Shown here in pieces: positions 41,118 through 50,888 of a stretch of 64,000 bases of DNA (the first letter of the stretch is position 1; every line of letters starts with the position of its first letter). A model generated the notes under the pieces. The model saw only the letters and a list, made by a program, of their open reading frames with translations. It searched no databases and was not told where the DNA came from. Position numbers and translations under genes: made by a program. The stretch is from Leptolyngbyaceae cyanobacterium (GTDB lineage Bacteria; Cyanobacteriota; Cyanobacteriia; Phormidesmidales; Phormidesmidaceae), in the NCBI GenBank assembly GCA_965263355.1, contig CBDHHL010000032.1, positions 416,001-480,000 of the forward strand, read 5' to 3'.

Positions 41118-42695
41118 ATGAAACCCTCAAATCCTGATGAAATGAGCGATAGACTTAGGCTGCAATCGTTCTGTGTTACGGCAGTGCAAATGCAAGCGAT
41201 CGAAGCCCAGCTATTTGAATCAGGGTTTCCGGTGGCGGCACTGATGGAAAAGGTGGCAGGGCGGATCACTGACTATTGGTTACAACATTGGGATCGGGGT
41301 CAGAAGGTTCTGGTACTGGTGGGACCAGGACACAATGGTGGTGATGCTTTGGTGGTGGCCCGTGAGTTGTACCTAAGTGGCTACAGTGTCTCTATCTATG
41401 CGCCGTTTGACCGATGTAAACCCTTGACGGCTGACCATGGTCGCTATTGCCAGAGTTTAGGGCTCCCTTGGTATGCCAATTGGGCTGAAGTAAAACCTGA
41501 GCTAGGCCAGTGTGATGTGATTTTAGATGGGGTGTTTGGGTTTGGCTTGAAACGTCCCTTAGAAGGAGAAATTGCCCTTGCCATTGATGAGATTAATCGT
41601 TGTTCTATCCCAGTGGTCAGCATTGATTTGCCCTCAGGTATTCATACCGATATTGGTCAGATTGGTCCAGCTATCATTGCAGAAACCACACTTTGTCTAG
41701 GGGTATGGAAACGGGCTTGTTTACAGGAATCGGCGCAGCCGTATTTAGGGCAGCTACATCTAATCGATTTTGATATTCCCCTGGCCAATATTGAGACAGT
41801 ACTGGGAGCTAATCCTCAGGTGCAGTGTTTGATACCTGAGCGGGCGATTCAGGCAATTCCCCTGAATCGGTCTCCTATTGCCTATAAATATCTATTGGGG
41901 CAATTGTTAGTGATTGCTGGCTCCAGGGAGTATGTAGGGGCAGCACTGTTGACAGGATATGGGGCTATGGCCAGTGGTGTCGGTATGGTGACGCTGATAG
42001 TGCCAGAAAGCATAAGATTACAAACCGTGGCTCAATTGCCGGGAGCATTGGTGATTGGTGCCAAGGAAACGTCTACGGGTAGGATTGTGGCTCTACCGTC
42101 ATTGGATCTGACCCGATATACAGCGATTGCCTGTGGCCCTGGTCTAGGGCGTCCAGTTGACTGGTTACCGGAGGTGTTAGCCCACCGTGCAGCACTAGTG
42201 CTAGATGCGGATGGCTTAAATGGTGTCATGGCAGAGCAGTTGGCAGCGCGTCAAGCACCTACGGTCATTACCCCCCATCCTGGTGAGTTTCGACGATTAT
42301 TTCCTGATTTAGAGGTAGGCCACGATGGAGCAATGCAGGCTGCTCAAATGACAGGAGCTACGGTGGTGCTCAAGGGGGCAAAAACGGCCATTGCTACGAA
42401 TGATGGTCATTTGTGGCTTAATCTTCAGAGCACGCCTGCCCTTGCCCGTGGTGGTAGTGGAGATGTATTGACGGGGTTGATGGGGGGATTATTGGCCCAG
42501 AAAATTATGGCAGCGAGTAATGCTAATGGGGCAATGCTCAATGCTACGTTGGGAGCAGTGTGGTGGCATGCTCAAGCTGGCCTATATGCTCACAAGCGAC
42601 GGACCGTGCTCGGTGTGGACCCACTGGAATTGGCTCGGTGTCTAAACCCGGCCTTGGCAGACTATTTGTGTGAAATGCAACATGGGTTACATTAA
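41118..42695 (+). CDS. nnr: Bifunctional NAD(P)H-hydrate epimerase/dehydratase
   Basis: GPGHNGGD, DLPSG, TPHPGEF, GGSGDVLTG. Confidence 0.92.
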   Translation: MKPSNPDEMSDRLRLQSFCVTAVQMQAIEAQLFESGFPVAALMEKVAGRITDYWLQHWDRGQKVLVLVGPGHNGGDALVVARELYLSGYSVSIYAPFDRCKPLTADHGRYCQSLGLPWYANWAEVKPELGQCDVILDGVFGFGLKRPLEGEIALAIDEINRCSIPVVSIDLPSGIHTDIGQIGPAIIAETTLCLGVWKRACLQESAQPYLGQLHLIDFDIPLANIETVLGANPQVQCLIPERAIQAIPLNRSPIAYKYLLGQLLVIAGSREYVGAALLTGYGAMASGVGMVTLIVPESIRLQTVAQLPGALVIGAKETSTGRIVALPSLDLTRYTAIACGPGLGRPVDWLPEVLAHRAALVLDADGLNGVMAEQLAARQAPTVITPHPGEFRRLFPDLEVGHDGAMQAAQMTGATVVLKGAKTAIATNDGHLWLNLQSTPALARGGSGDVLTGLMGGLLAQKIMAASNANGAMLNATLGAVWWHAQAGLYAHKRRTVLGVDPLELARCLNPALADYLCEMQHGLH

Positions 42696-42741
42696 AGCGA
42701 TGATTGCTGATAGATAGCTAAATTTAGTAGTGAAACCCACA

Positions 42742-43833
42742 CTACAGGCCTTTGGAGCGGGGGGAGCTGAGGCGCGATCGCAACGTAATGGCCGTTAGCC
42801 CCACAATTGTAAGCGGCACAATTACATATTTTAAGGCTGAACCAAACAGGACTGTGTTGTCGTGCTCGGTAGATTTCATGACCAAATACAACGTATAGGC
42901 CACGTAGTATACCAGCAGTAAGAGGCCTTCCCAACGACTGACCAAATTGTCGTTAAAGCAAATGGGGAAACACATAATGGCCACCCCAATCATGACTGGG
43001 ATATCAAATGCTAAAACGGAAGGCTCAATGGCAATACCATTAGGGGCTAACGCGCTGGTCACCCCCAATACCACTAAAATATTGAAAATATTGCTGCCTA
43101 CCACATTGCCCACAGCAATATCGCGCTCACCCCGTAAACTGGCCACAATAGAGGTAGCTAACTCAGGTAAAGACGTGCCTAACGCCACAATGGTTAACCC
43201 AATGATTAATGGATTAACCTCCAAGGCGTTAGCAATAGTGATGGCACCGTTGACTAACAGCTGTGACCCGATCACTAGGCAGGCCATGCCGCCCAAAAAA
43301 GCAAGTACCTCAATACCTACCTTGGGCCAGGCAAATGCTTTAGGACCATACTCCTGGGCATACTCGTCCTGAACATCCGGGTTGCTCTCACGACGGCTTT
43401 GGACAAGCAAAAATACGGTGTAGGTCAGTCCACCTAAAAACAAAACGACACCATCAGACGTCCCGATAGCCCCATCCAGGCTAAATAGAAACACTAGGCC
43501 AGACACGCCAATCATGATGGGAACATCTAGGCGGATTAGCTGCTGAGCCACAACCAACGGAGCTACCAGAGCCGAAGCCCCCAAAATCAACAACACATTG
43601 CAAATATTGCTGCCGACTACGTTACCAACAGCAAGCTGGGCTTGATTATTAAACGTGGCGTGTAAGCTAACAGCAAGTTCTGGTGCACTCGTACCAAACG
43701 CAACGACGGTCAGACCAATCACCAGGGGGGAGATGCGCATCATGGCTGCTAAGTTGGAAGCACCCCGGACCAAGAAATCGGCTCCAACAACTAAGAAAAC
43801 TATCCCCAGTATGAGAAATACAGTGGCGGTCAT
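42742..43833 (-). CDS. Calcium/sodium antiporter (YrbG-like)
   Basis: Two alpha repeats GTSAPE/GTSLPE and GNVVGSNI. Confidence 0.93.
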   Translation of the reverse strand: MTATVFLILGIVFLVVGADFLVRGASNLAAMMRISPLVIGLTVVAFGTSAPELAVSLHATFNNQAQLAVGNVVGSNICNVLLILGASALVAPLVVAQQLIRLDVPIMIGVSGLVFLFSLDGAIGTSDGVVLFLGGLTYTVFLLVQSRRESNPDVQDEYAQEYGPKAFAWPKVGIEVLAFLGGMACLVIGSQLLVNGAITIANALEVNPLIIGLTIVALGTSLPELATSIVASLRGERDIAVGNVVGSNIFNILVVLGVTSALAPNGIAIEPSVLAFDIPVMIGVAIMCFPICFNDNLVSRWEGLLLLVYYVAYTLYLVMKSTEHDNTVLFGSALKYVIVPLTIVGLTAITLRSRLSSPRSKGL

Positions 43834-43967
43834 GGCCTTACAGGCTATCTCCTTTCATCGGTTCCTTATCTAATTGTTGTCCAAAGTCAACTAAGCGACC
43901 AGCGATTTGAGTTGACTGGTTTTGTTAACCTGTTTCGGCAGTTTACTCTGAGCAATACATACCATGT

Positions 43968-44558
43968 ATGAATAATTACCCCCATGTAACCACGACACTA
44001 GCCCCTTGGCGATCTGCTTTAGCTCGAGCCCTTCATCGCAATCGTGCACGAGCCTACTGTCGTTACTTGCAGTTAGCCACTGTTAACCTAGAAGGTAAAC
44101 CCTCTAATCGTACCGTAGTTTTTCGTGGATTTGTTGATGAAAAACTGCAAATGGTGACCGATGGCCGCAGTGAGAAAGTCAACCAAATTCAAGCCTGCCC
44201 TTGGGCTGAAATTTGCTGGTACTTTACGGTAACCCGAGAACAGTTCCGGATCGCTGGCGAGTTGACTCTGATTGGCTCAGATAACGACGATCCGAAATCC
44301 ATACGTCTCAATGCTTGGCAAACCTTGTCAGCAACTGCCCACCAACAGTTTTATTGGCCCCATCCAGGCCATTTAAGAACAGATGAAAACACATTTGAGC
44401 CCACTAATATGGCGACGGAGCAGCCTCCAGATAGTTTCTCTGTACTGCTTCTAAATGCTAACCGGGTAGATTACTTGGTTCTGCGAGGCACACCCCAGAA
44501 TCGGTTTGTCTATGAATGGATGAATGGGGCATGGGTGGTTCAGGAGGTTAATCCTTAA
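43968..44558 (+). CDS. FMN-binding PPOX-type flavoprotein
   Basis: LQLATV..P.NRTVVFRGF, EICWYF..TREQFR. Confidence 0.88.
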   Translation: MNNYPHVTTTLAPWRSALARALHRNRARAYCRYLQLATVNLEGKPSNRTVVFRGFVDEKLQMVTDGRSEKVNQIQACPWAEICWYFTVTREQFRIAGELTLIGSDNDDPKSIRLNAWQTLSATAHQQFYWPHPGHLRTDENTFEPTNMATEQPPDSFSVLLLNANRVDYLVLRGTPQNRFVYEWMNGAWVVQEVNP

Positions 44559-44579
44559 ACGGAGCAGTCCCCTTAAGTT

Positions 44580-45341
44580 CTAACTCTGGGGGCAGCCGTC
44601 TAAAAATTCTTCAATGATGCGATCCTGTAATCTACAGCAGTCACCTGCATCAGAGGCTTTTGGTTCAGTATGATCAGACGACTGTCTGGCGGATATGGGA
44701 GTAGGGAGCGATGCCTGCTGAAGTTGAGCAATTTTCTGCTCCAAGGTTTCGATCCGGTCTACGAGAGTGCGAATGACGGCTGCTTCCGAGTCAGGTAATT
44801 GGCCATGTTCCAGGGGACCTGGTCGACTTGACCGATGGACGATCCGACCAGGTATACCAACTACAGTGCAGTCAGAGGGGACATCTCTGAGCACAACGGA
44901 GCCTGCACCTACGCGAACATTGTTACCAATTTGAATGTTGCCTAAGACTTTGGCACCAGCGCCGACAACGACTTGGGTACCGACTGTGGGGTGTCGCTTA
45001 CCGGTTTCTTTGCCGGTTCCGCCCAGGGTAACCCCTTGGTAGATCAAAGAATAATCGCCCACAATGGCAGTCTCGCCAATGACAACGCCCATTCCATGAT
45101 CAATAAACACCCCACAACCAATGGTGGCACCTGGGTGAATTTCAATGCCTGTAATTAGTCGAGCGACATGGGATATAAACCTGGGTAAAAAGGGTAGGCC
45201 TAAATTCCATAAACCATGGGCTAAGCGATAAAGCGATAACGCATGCAGACCTGGATAGCAAAACAAAACTTCCAGCACGTTGCGGGCAGCTGGATCTCGT
45301 TCAAAAACGACTTTAAAGTCGGCAATAAAAGTTCGTAACAC
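44580..45341 (-). CDS. cysE: Serine O-acetyltransferase
   Basis: ERDPAA, IEIHPGA, GKRHPT; GTG at 45341 with GAGG upstream. Confidence 0.95.
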   Translation of the reverse strand: MLRTFIADFKVVFERDPAARNVLEVLFCYPGLHALSLYRLAHGLWNLGLPFLPRFISHVARLITGIEIHPGATIGCGVFIDHGMGVVIGETAIVGDYSLIYQGVTLGGTGKETGKRHPTVGTQVVVGAGAKVLGNIQIGNNVRVGAGSVVLRDVPSDCTVVGIPGRIVHRSSRPGPLEHGQLPDSEAAVIRTLVDRIETLEQKIAQLQQASLPTPISARQSSDHTEPKASDAGDCCRLQDRIIEEFLDGCPQS

Positions 45342-45643
45342 GTAGACGTCCTCAAAGGTATTAGTTCGCTGCTGATTTTCAGTTAGGGCGGCAACTAGAA
45401 TGCGGTTTAAGTGGCACATTCGCCAGCGTCGCAACAGAGCCCTTGGATAAGATTAGCAACAGCGCAATGGACTCGTTGATAGATTTAGATATGACGCCAG
45501 TGCAAAGACACATTCAGGAACCAGCATACCGCAGGGAAAGAAGTTCAGCCTGAACGTTGCCTGAACTTAGTTGTGGAGCAACGCTAACTAAGGCGGTGGG
45601 TGTTGAGTGGTGTATTGAAAATTGTGTGAAGTGGAATTAAGTC

Positions 45644-46552
45644 ATGGTAGGTCCACAATCTTCCCGTTATATTCTTTTTGTGCAGCACGGTTGGCATGAT
45701 ACCAATCGCCGTATGCAGCGCCTTGGACATTCACTGGCAGATGACCAGACAGAAGTGATTGCGCCTAATCTGGGACTGATTAAAACCTGGTGGCGGATTG
45801 AACCGTTGATTAAACAGGTGGAACGGGTGGCGATCGCCACCCATCAACGCTACCCACATCGCCCCTGGCGCATTGTTGGTCATTCCATGGGCGGTCTGAT
45901 TTGGCTAGAACTGTTGCAGCGTCATTCTGAATGGTGGCCTCAGATCAATTCAGTTAGCTTGGTGAGTTCCCCCGTTGGTGGGGCAGATTTGGGCAGAATT
46001 TTTGATCCGTTCCGCTGGGGCATTGGCATTGCCAGGGATCTGGGCACCGACCGTCGAGCGATCGCAGAACAGTTGGCCCGACATATCCCGATGCAAACCA
46101 TTGCCAGCGATTACGATGGCGGCAGCGATGGCACGGTACCGATTCAGTGCTCCCAATTTCGCTATGCCAGCTACACCCAGCTTAGGGGTATTCGTCACGA
46201 CAATACCAAAGATCATCCCGATGTCACGTCAGCGATTCAAACCTTTTGGACCAGGCTGCCGATTGCGCCAGTGCGGCCTGTAGACCCGTTAGCAGACGCC
46301 ATAGTCGCCGACCTTCAAGCTATTCCAGGAATGACCGATGCCCACCCGCGTGACTTTAAACGAGCCACTGTCTGGGCCACCCTTAGGGATGGGTTCACCT
46401 TACGCACCTGGCGTCATCCCTTGGGCATCCACCATGTGTTTCTTGCTGATGCGTTGCAGCGCAGCTGTTTTGCTGGATTTGTCGGCTGGCCCGATACGCC
46501 CTATCTGTATGAACGATTAGCTGCGATTAAACAGCGATATGGCCAAAGCTGA
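45644..46552 (+). CDS. Alpha/beta hydrolase (lipase/esterase-like)
   Basis: QHGW, GHSMGG, SDGTV. Confidence 0.85.
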   Translation: MVGPQSSRYILFVQHGWHDTNRRMQRLGHSLADDQTEVIAPNLGLIKTWWRIEPLIKQVERVAIATHQRYPHRPWRIVGHSMGGLIWLELLQRHSEWWPQINSVSLVSSPVGGADLGRIFDPFRWGIGIARDLGTDRRAIAEQLARHIPMQTIASDYDGGSDGTVPIQCSQFRYASYTQLRGIRHDNTKDHPDVTSAIQTFWTRLPIAPVRPVDPLADAIVADLQAIPGMTDAHPRDFKRATVWATLRDGFTLRTWRHPLGIHHVFLADALQRSCFAGFVGWPDTPYLYERLAAIKQRYGQS

Positions 46553-46696
46553 TGTTGTTAATTTGTGAGCACATCAATTTACGATACTCTTGCTGAGTAA
46601 GCTCAGTTGGTGACAACCTAGGGCAGAACATGATGTATGTACTGTTTAAGGTGTGATGCCTGCTGAGTATATGTATGCGATGGCTGTTCAGCATAG

Positions 46697-47062
46697 ATGG
46701 AGAGGATATTGTCCCAGATGCCTACACCGTTTTTATTACCTATTCTTATTTTGGCTTCAGTCATCCTAAATACGTTAGGCCAAAGTTTATTAAAGCTTGG
46801 AGCGGGGCAAAATCCGTTTAATTTGTATCTGTTTAGTGGATTAGCTGCCTACGGTATCAGCACAGTTTTTTATGTGACGGTGTTGGGTAAACTCAATGTC
46901 TCGGTTGTTTATCCCGTGGTGATTGGTTTGACTATTCTCTCCACCACCTTTGCTGGCATGCTTCTATTAAAGGAACAGGTATCTGCTCTGCATTGGTTTG
47001 GCATTGGGCTGATGATAAGTGGTATTTCAGCCATTGCGGTTGGCAAAATAATTTCAATTTAG
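46697..47062 (+). CDS. SMR/EamA-like small membrane transporter (ArnE/F-like)
   Basis: Four TM helices; GQSLLKLG, SVVYP, LLKEQVS. Confidence 0.8.
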   Translation: MERILSQMPTPFLLPILILASVILNTLGQSLLKLGAGQNPFNLYLFSGLAAYGISTVFYVTVLGKLNVSVVYPVVIGLTILSTTFAGMLLLKEQVSALHWFGIGLMISGISAIAVGKIISI

Positions 47063-47118
47063 CCCTACTTAAAGACTTAATGTCTTGGTGAATCTTACCC
47101 CCCTGAAGGAGATGTCCT

Positions 47119-48813
47119 GTGTCACAGCTTCCCCAATCGTCAGCAACCGGTTCTACTGGTCAAGGCCAGCATTTTATTGAGCAGATCCGGATTGAGTGGA
47201 TTTTGATTACGGCGATTGCGATCGCATGTCTGCTCCGAGTCATTTATGTAGGTGTGCGAGAACTTTGGTACGACGAAGTGTTGTCACTGTTGCTGTCTAC
47301 CAGCCAACGAGCGAGCTACACTGACCCACCGACTACACCCATTGCTCTGGCTAATTACAGTGCCCTGTTACAGCTCCCCAAGTTTAACGGTATTGGTGAT
47401 TTGATTAAAGCCATAAAGCCCCTATTACAAGGGCTGGTTGGTCGTGAACCCCATCCGCCATTGTTCTTTTTGTCCCAGTATTTGTGGTTACCCCTGACCG
47501 GCACTAAAGAAGCCGCCCTGCGTGGGCTCAACCTGTTGTTAAGTTTAGGCGCAATCTTAGGAGCCTATGGCATGGGCAAGGCCCTATTTAATCACCGGGG
47601 TGGGCTGGTGCTCGCAGCTTTACTAGGGTTAAACCCGTTTTACTGGTTTCACTCCCTCAATCTGCGCATGTACTGCCCAGCGGTTTTGTGGGTTACCCTG
47701 AGCGGCTGGGCGACACTACAGCTCTGTAATCAGCGATCTCCTCGTCCAATGCGACTATTGTGGTATCTGGTGCTTACCCTGTCTATTGCGGCTGGAATGT
47801 TAACCTATTATCTCTCTGCCCTATGGTTTTTATCATTGGGCTGTGTGATTCTCATCCAAGACCGCAAACGCTGGTGGCAGTACGCTCTGTGTGGCTTTGG
47901 TGCCATATTTTTAGCAGCACCCTGGTTTTATTGGGGGCTGCCCCAACAGCTGAGAAATGTAGACCTCAATCGTTTTGCCACTAAAAGTAGTTTGGGAGAA
48001 ACCATTGCCAAGCATACTCAAGGCGTATTAGAAGTACTTGGGATTCAACTCACGGTGGGCGATTGGGCAACAAGTTTGCCAGCTGCTGTTGTGTTAGGGA
48101 TGGGGGTACTTGCCATACTGTTATTAGCAACAGTTATCTGGCAGCTATGGCGGCTGTTACGCAATGATTCTCCTGCATTACTATTTTCTGTCATAATTTT
48201 AGGATGTTTGCCCTTATTGTTAATGCTAGGGTCTGATATTTTGTCGGGCAAATCTACATTGGCTTGGGGTTTTGGACGCAGTGCGATTTTTATTTTGCCT
48301 GGGTTTTTGTTGCTGGTGACAGCCTGGTTAATGAATCTGTCTAATACCTGGCAAAAACTAGCATTAATAGCAATCTTGGTTCTATATCTCGGGTTAAATG
48401 TGGGCGATATGGTTGGACGCAATCGCCAGGTATTTCAACAGATTTCTGCCACGGCAACAGCGTCAGACACTACGCTAATAGCTATGAATTCAAAGGCCTG
48501 GGGCCATGTGTTGCGGTTGGTTTACTATTTTCCTAGTGATACGCCTGTGAAGTTATTGGCGACTGATGCGGCTATGCTGCCTGATGCATTAGAGAGTGCT
48601 TTATCTGACTCAGGAGAAAAGTATGACCAAATTCTTTGGTTAGAATCGGGAAGACCGGTGTGGAATGCGCCAACAGAGGCTGAGGCTGAGCAAATTCGTC
48701 AGGCTATCGATGGTCTTTTGGGGGCTGATTATCGGGTGGTGGGGCAACAGGAATTGGTCGGTACGATGAAGTTGGATCGGTTTAGTTTAAAGACTTATGA
48801 GAAAGTATCTTAG
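47119..48813 (+). CDS. GT-C glycosyltransferase (PMT/ArnT-like)
   Basis: LWYDE, HPPLFF, RMY; many TM helices. Confidence 0.85.
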   Translation: MSQLPQSSATGSTGQGQHFIEQIRIEWILITAIAIACLLRVIYVGVRELWYDEVLSLLLSTSQRASYTDPPTTPIALANYSALLQLPKFNGIGDLIKAIKPLLQGLVGREPHPPLFFLSQYLWLPLTGTKEAALRGLNLLLSLGAILGAYGMGKALFNHRGGLVLAALLGLNPFYWFHSLNLRMYCPAVLWVTLSGWATLQLCNQRSPRPMRLLWYLVLTLSIAAGMLTYYLSALWFLSLGCVILIQDRKRWWQYALCGFGAIFLAAPWFYWGLPQQLRNVDLNRFATKSSLGETIAKHTQGVLEVLGIQLTVGDWATSLPAAVVLGMGVLAILLLATVIWQLWRLLRNDSPALLFSVIILGCLPLLLMLGSDILSGKSTLAWGFGRSAIFILPGFLLLVTAWLMNLSNTWQKLALIAILVLYLGLNVGDMVGRNRQVFQQISATATASDTTLIAMNSKAWGHVLRLVYYFPSDTPVKLLATDAAMLPDALESALSDSGEKYDQILWLESGRPVWNAPTEAEAEQIRQAIDGLLGADYRVVGQQELVGTMKLDRFSLKTYEKVS

Positions 48814-48855
48814 AAGAAGAAGACAAGAGAATGCATATAATCCAAATCATGGTTC

Positions 48856-49689
48856 TTAGGTTTCTTCTAGGACTGACAGCTGTTCGCCTCGCTGAGCATA
48901 AAAGACATCTTCTACATCGCCGCGACGAAATAGGGGTTGTTGTTGGCGTTTAGACAGTCGATGTTCCAGTCCAGCTTTAATGAGTAAATCTAGGATGTCT
49001 TTTTTGCGTTGACCAAACATGGCAGCTGCATCCTGGAGCCGAATCCATTGCTGGCGAAAGAGTCCTAGAATTTTTTCTTCGGGGTCTTGTTGGATTTGGG
49101 TGAGTAAAATCTTGGCTAGGAGCCAGCAGGCTTTGGTATCGGCCTCGGCGCGGTGGGATGTGCCGACGTCAAAGTTGAAGTGTTTGACTAAATTGGGCAA
49201 GCTGCGGGACGGCAGGTCTGCCAGTAGTAGCCGGGAAAGTAGGACGGTGCAAAAGCGGTGGCTGGGGGGACGATGGTAGTGAACGTCAAGGCGTTTGTAT
49301 TCGGATTGGAGAAAGCCGTAGTCAAAGTCCAGGTTATGGGCGGTGAGGACGTCTTGGCGGAGTAGGGATTCGTAGTCGGCCCACACTTCCTCGGGGTAGG
49401 GGGCTTTGCTGACCATGGCGGTGGTGATGCCGGTAATTTTGGTGATGAAGGGGGGCACCTTGCCAGTGGGGTTAATCAAGGAGGTTTCCTGCTGCAGGAT
49501 ACCGTCAGTGAGGTTGGCTTTGAGGACGGAAACTTCGATAACGTTGGATTTGTAGGCGACGGAGCCGGTGGTTTCGACGTCGACGACGGTAAGGGTGGAT
49601 TGGCTTACCCGCCGGTAAAAGGCCAGCAGTTGCTTGGACAAGAGGGAGGATTGGCCCTGGTATTTTTTGTCCGACGGTTGAGCGGCCAT
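48856..49689 (-). CDS. DEDDh 3'-5' exonuclease (DnaQ-like)
   Basis: DVETTG, AHNLDFD, HRAEAD. Confidence 0.9.
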   Translation of the reverse strand: MAAQPSDKKYQGQSSLLSKQLLAFYRRVSQSTLTVVDVETTGSVAYKSNVIEVSVLKANLTDGILQQETSLINPTGKVPPFITKITGITTAMVSKAPYPEEVWADYESLLRQDVLTAHNLDFDYGFLQSEYKRLDVHYHRPPSHRFCTVLLSRLLLADLPSRSLPNLVKHFNFDVGTSHRAEADTKACWLLAKILLTQIQQDPEEKILGLFRQQWIRLQDAAAMFGQRKKDILDLLIKAGLEHRLSKRQQQPLFRRGDVEDVFYAQRGEQLSVLEET

Positions 49690-49764
49690 AGTGGGTGGCG
49701 GGGACAGCGTAGTTATTTTAGCGTTACAACTATAGTCTGCCTTTGAACAGCCAAACTATTATAC

Positions 49765-49931
49765 AAACTACGGGACGGGAGCAAGCGGGTAATGCTCGTC
49801 CTTGTTTGGTGCTTAGCCGTACTCAGTTTAATCAGGCGAGAAAAGGGATTGTGATTGTTTCTTCGATTACGAGTACGGTTAAGCCTGATATTAAAACGAT
49901 GATTGTTATTCCTGGGACTGGTTCCGCCTGA
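49765..49931 (+). pseudogene. PemK/MazF toxin fragment
   Basis: GREQAG..RPCLVLS..FN..IVIVSSITS; both ends missing; no antitoxin gene. Confidence 0.75.
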
Positions 49932-50046
49932 TGGGATGATTCAGCCAAAATGCTTGTAATGCAAGGGATACAGACGTTTTAGAAGAAGCTCGCTCAAATC
50001 GTTACTCTATAGGCCTTTCAGGCATTTTTCCCATTACACGGAACCA

Positions 50047-50761
50047 GTGCCCCCCCTTTTGCTTGGAGCTATGTTGTCAAAACTTAAACTCGGACAAAAA
50101 TTTACCCTGATGCTGCTGGCCGTCTTTTTAGGCGGCATCCTGATGAGCGGTATTGCCCTATCCAAGCTGCTCAACTATACAGCCCAAGCAAAGTTAACCA
50201 ACAAAGCACTGATGCTGATGGAAACCATGAACTCCGTGCGTCAGTATACCGTTGAGGAGGTGAGACCAGAGTTAGCAGACCGTAGCGAAACCGAGTTTTT
50301 GCCAGAAACCGTCCCCAGCTACTCAGCCCATAGGGTGTTCGCAACACTCCAGGCCAGCCCAGATTACCAAGACTTCTTCTATAAAGAAGCCGTTCTTGAC
50401 CCCACGAACCCCAAGGACCAGGCCGATGAGTTTGAAATAGAGCTAGTGAACTCGTTTCAGCGTGAAATTCGCGAAGAATTACATGGGTTTAGAAATGTGT
50501 GTTTACAGGGTGTTTGCCCTTGCCATCTTTCTAGTTAACTTCTGGCTCAAACGCTATGTGGTGCGTCCTATAAACCGTATGGCTGCCACTGCAGAGGCCG
50601 TCAGTACTGGCGATACCCAAGCTGAATTTGTCAAATGGTCCGATGATGAGGTGGGTAACCTGACTGATTCGTTTAACCGTATGCGTCTGAGTTTGCAGAT
50701 GGCCATGCAGCGGTTAGAGCGCCATCGTCGTAAGCGTAAAGGGAGTCCAGGGGCAGGTTAA
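50047..50761 (+). pseudogene. DUF3365 (Tll0287-like)-HAMP protein with internal deletion and frameshift
   Basis: N-part has MNSVRQYT, FLPETVPSYSA, YKEA..PTN; TM-HAMP part is in another frame; junction ~50495-50510. Confidence 0.75.
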
Positions 50762-50767
50762 AGGCAG

Positions 50768-50852
50768 GTAGGGGCAATCCCTTGTGGATGCCCGCACGGC
50801 TTGGGCTGGCACAAGGCACAGCCCCTACAAGATTGCAGCCCCTACAAGATTG
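50768..50852. repeat. Inverted pair of GTAG-type REPs plus a 17-nt tandem duplication
   Basis: GTAGGGGCAATCCCTTGTGGATGCCC (50768-50793) and GGGCTGGCACAAGGCACAGCCCCTAC (50803-50828); CAGCCCCTACAAGATTG x2. Confidence 0.8.
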
Positions 50853-50888
50853 TTCTTTAAATGGTTTTACCTGACATAGGTTGCAACA

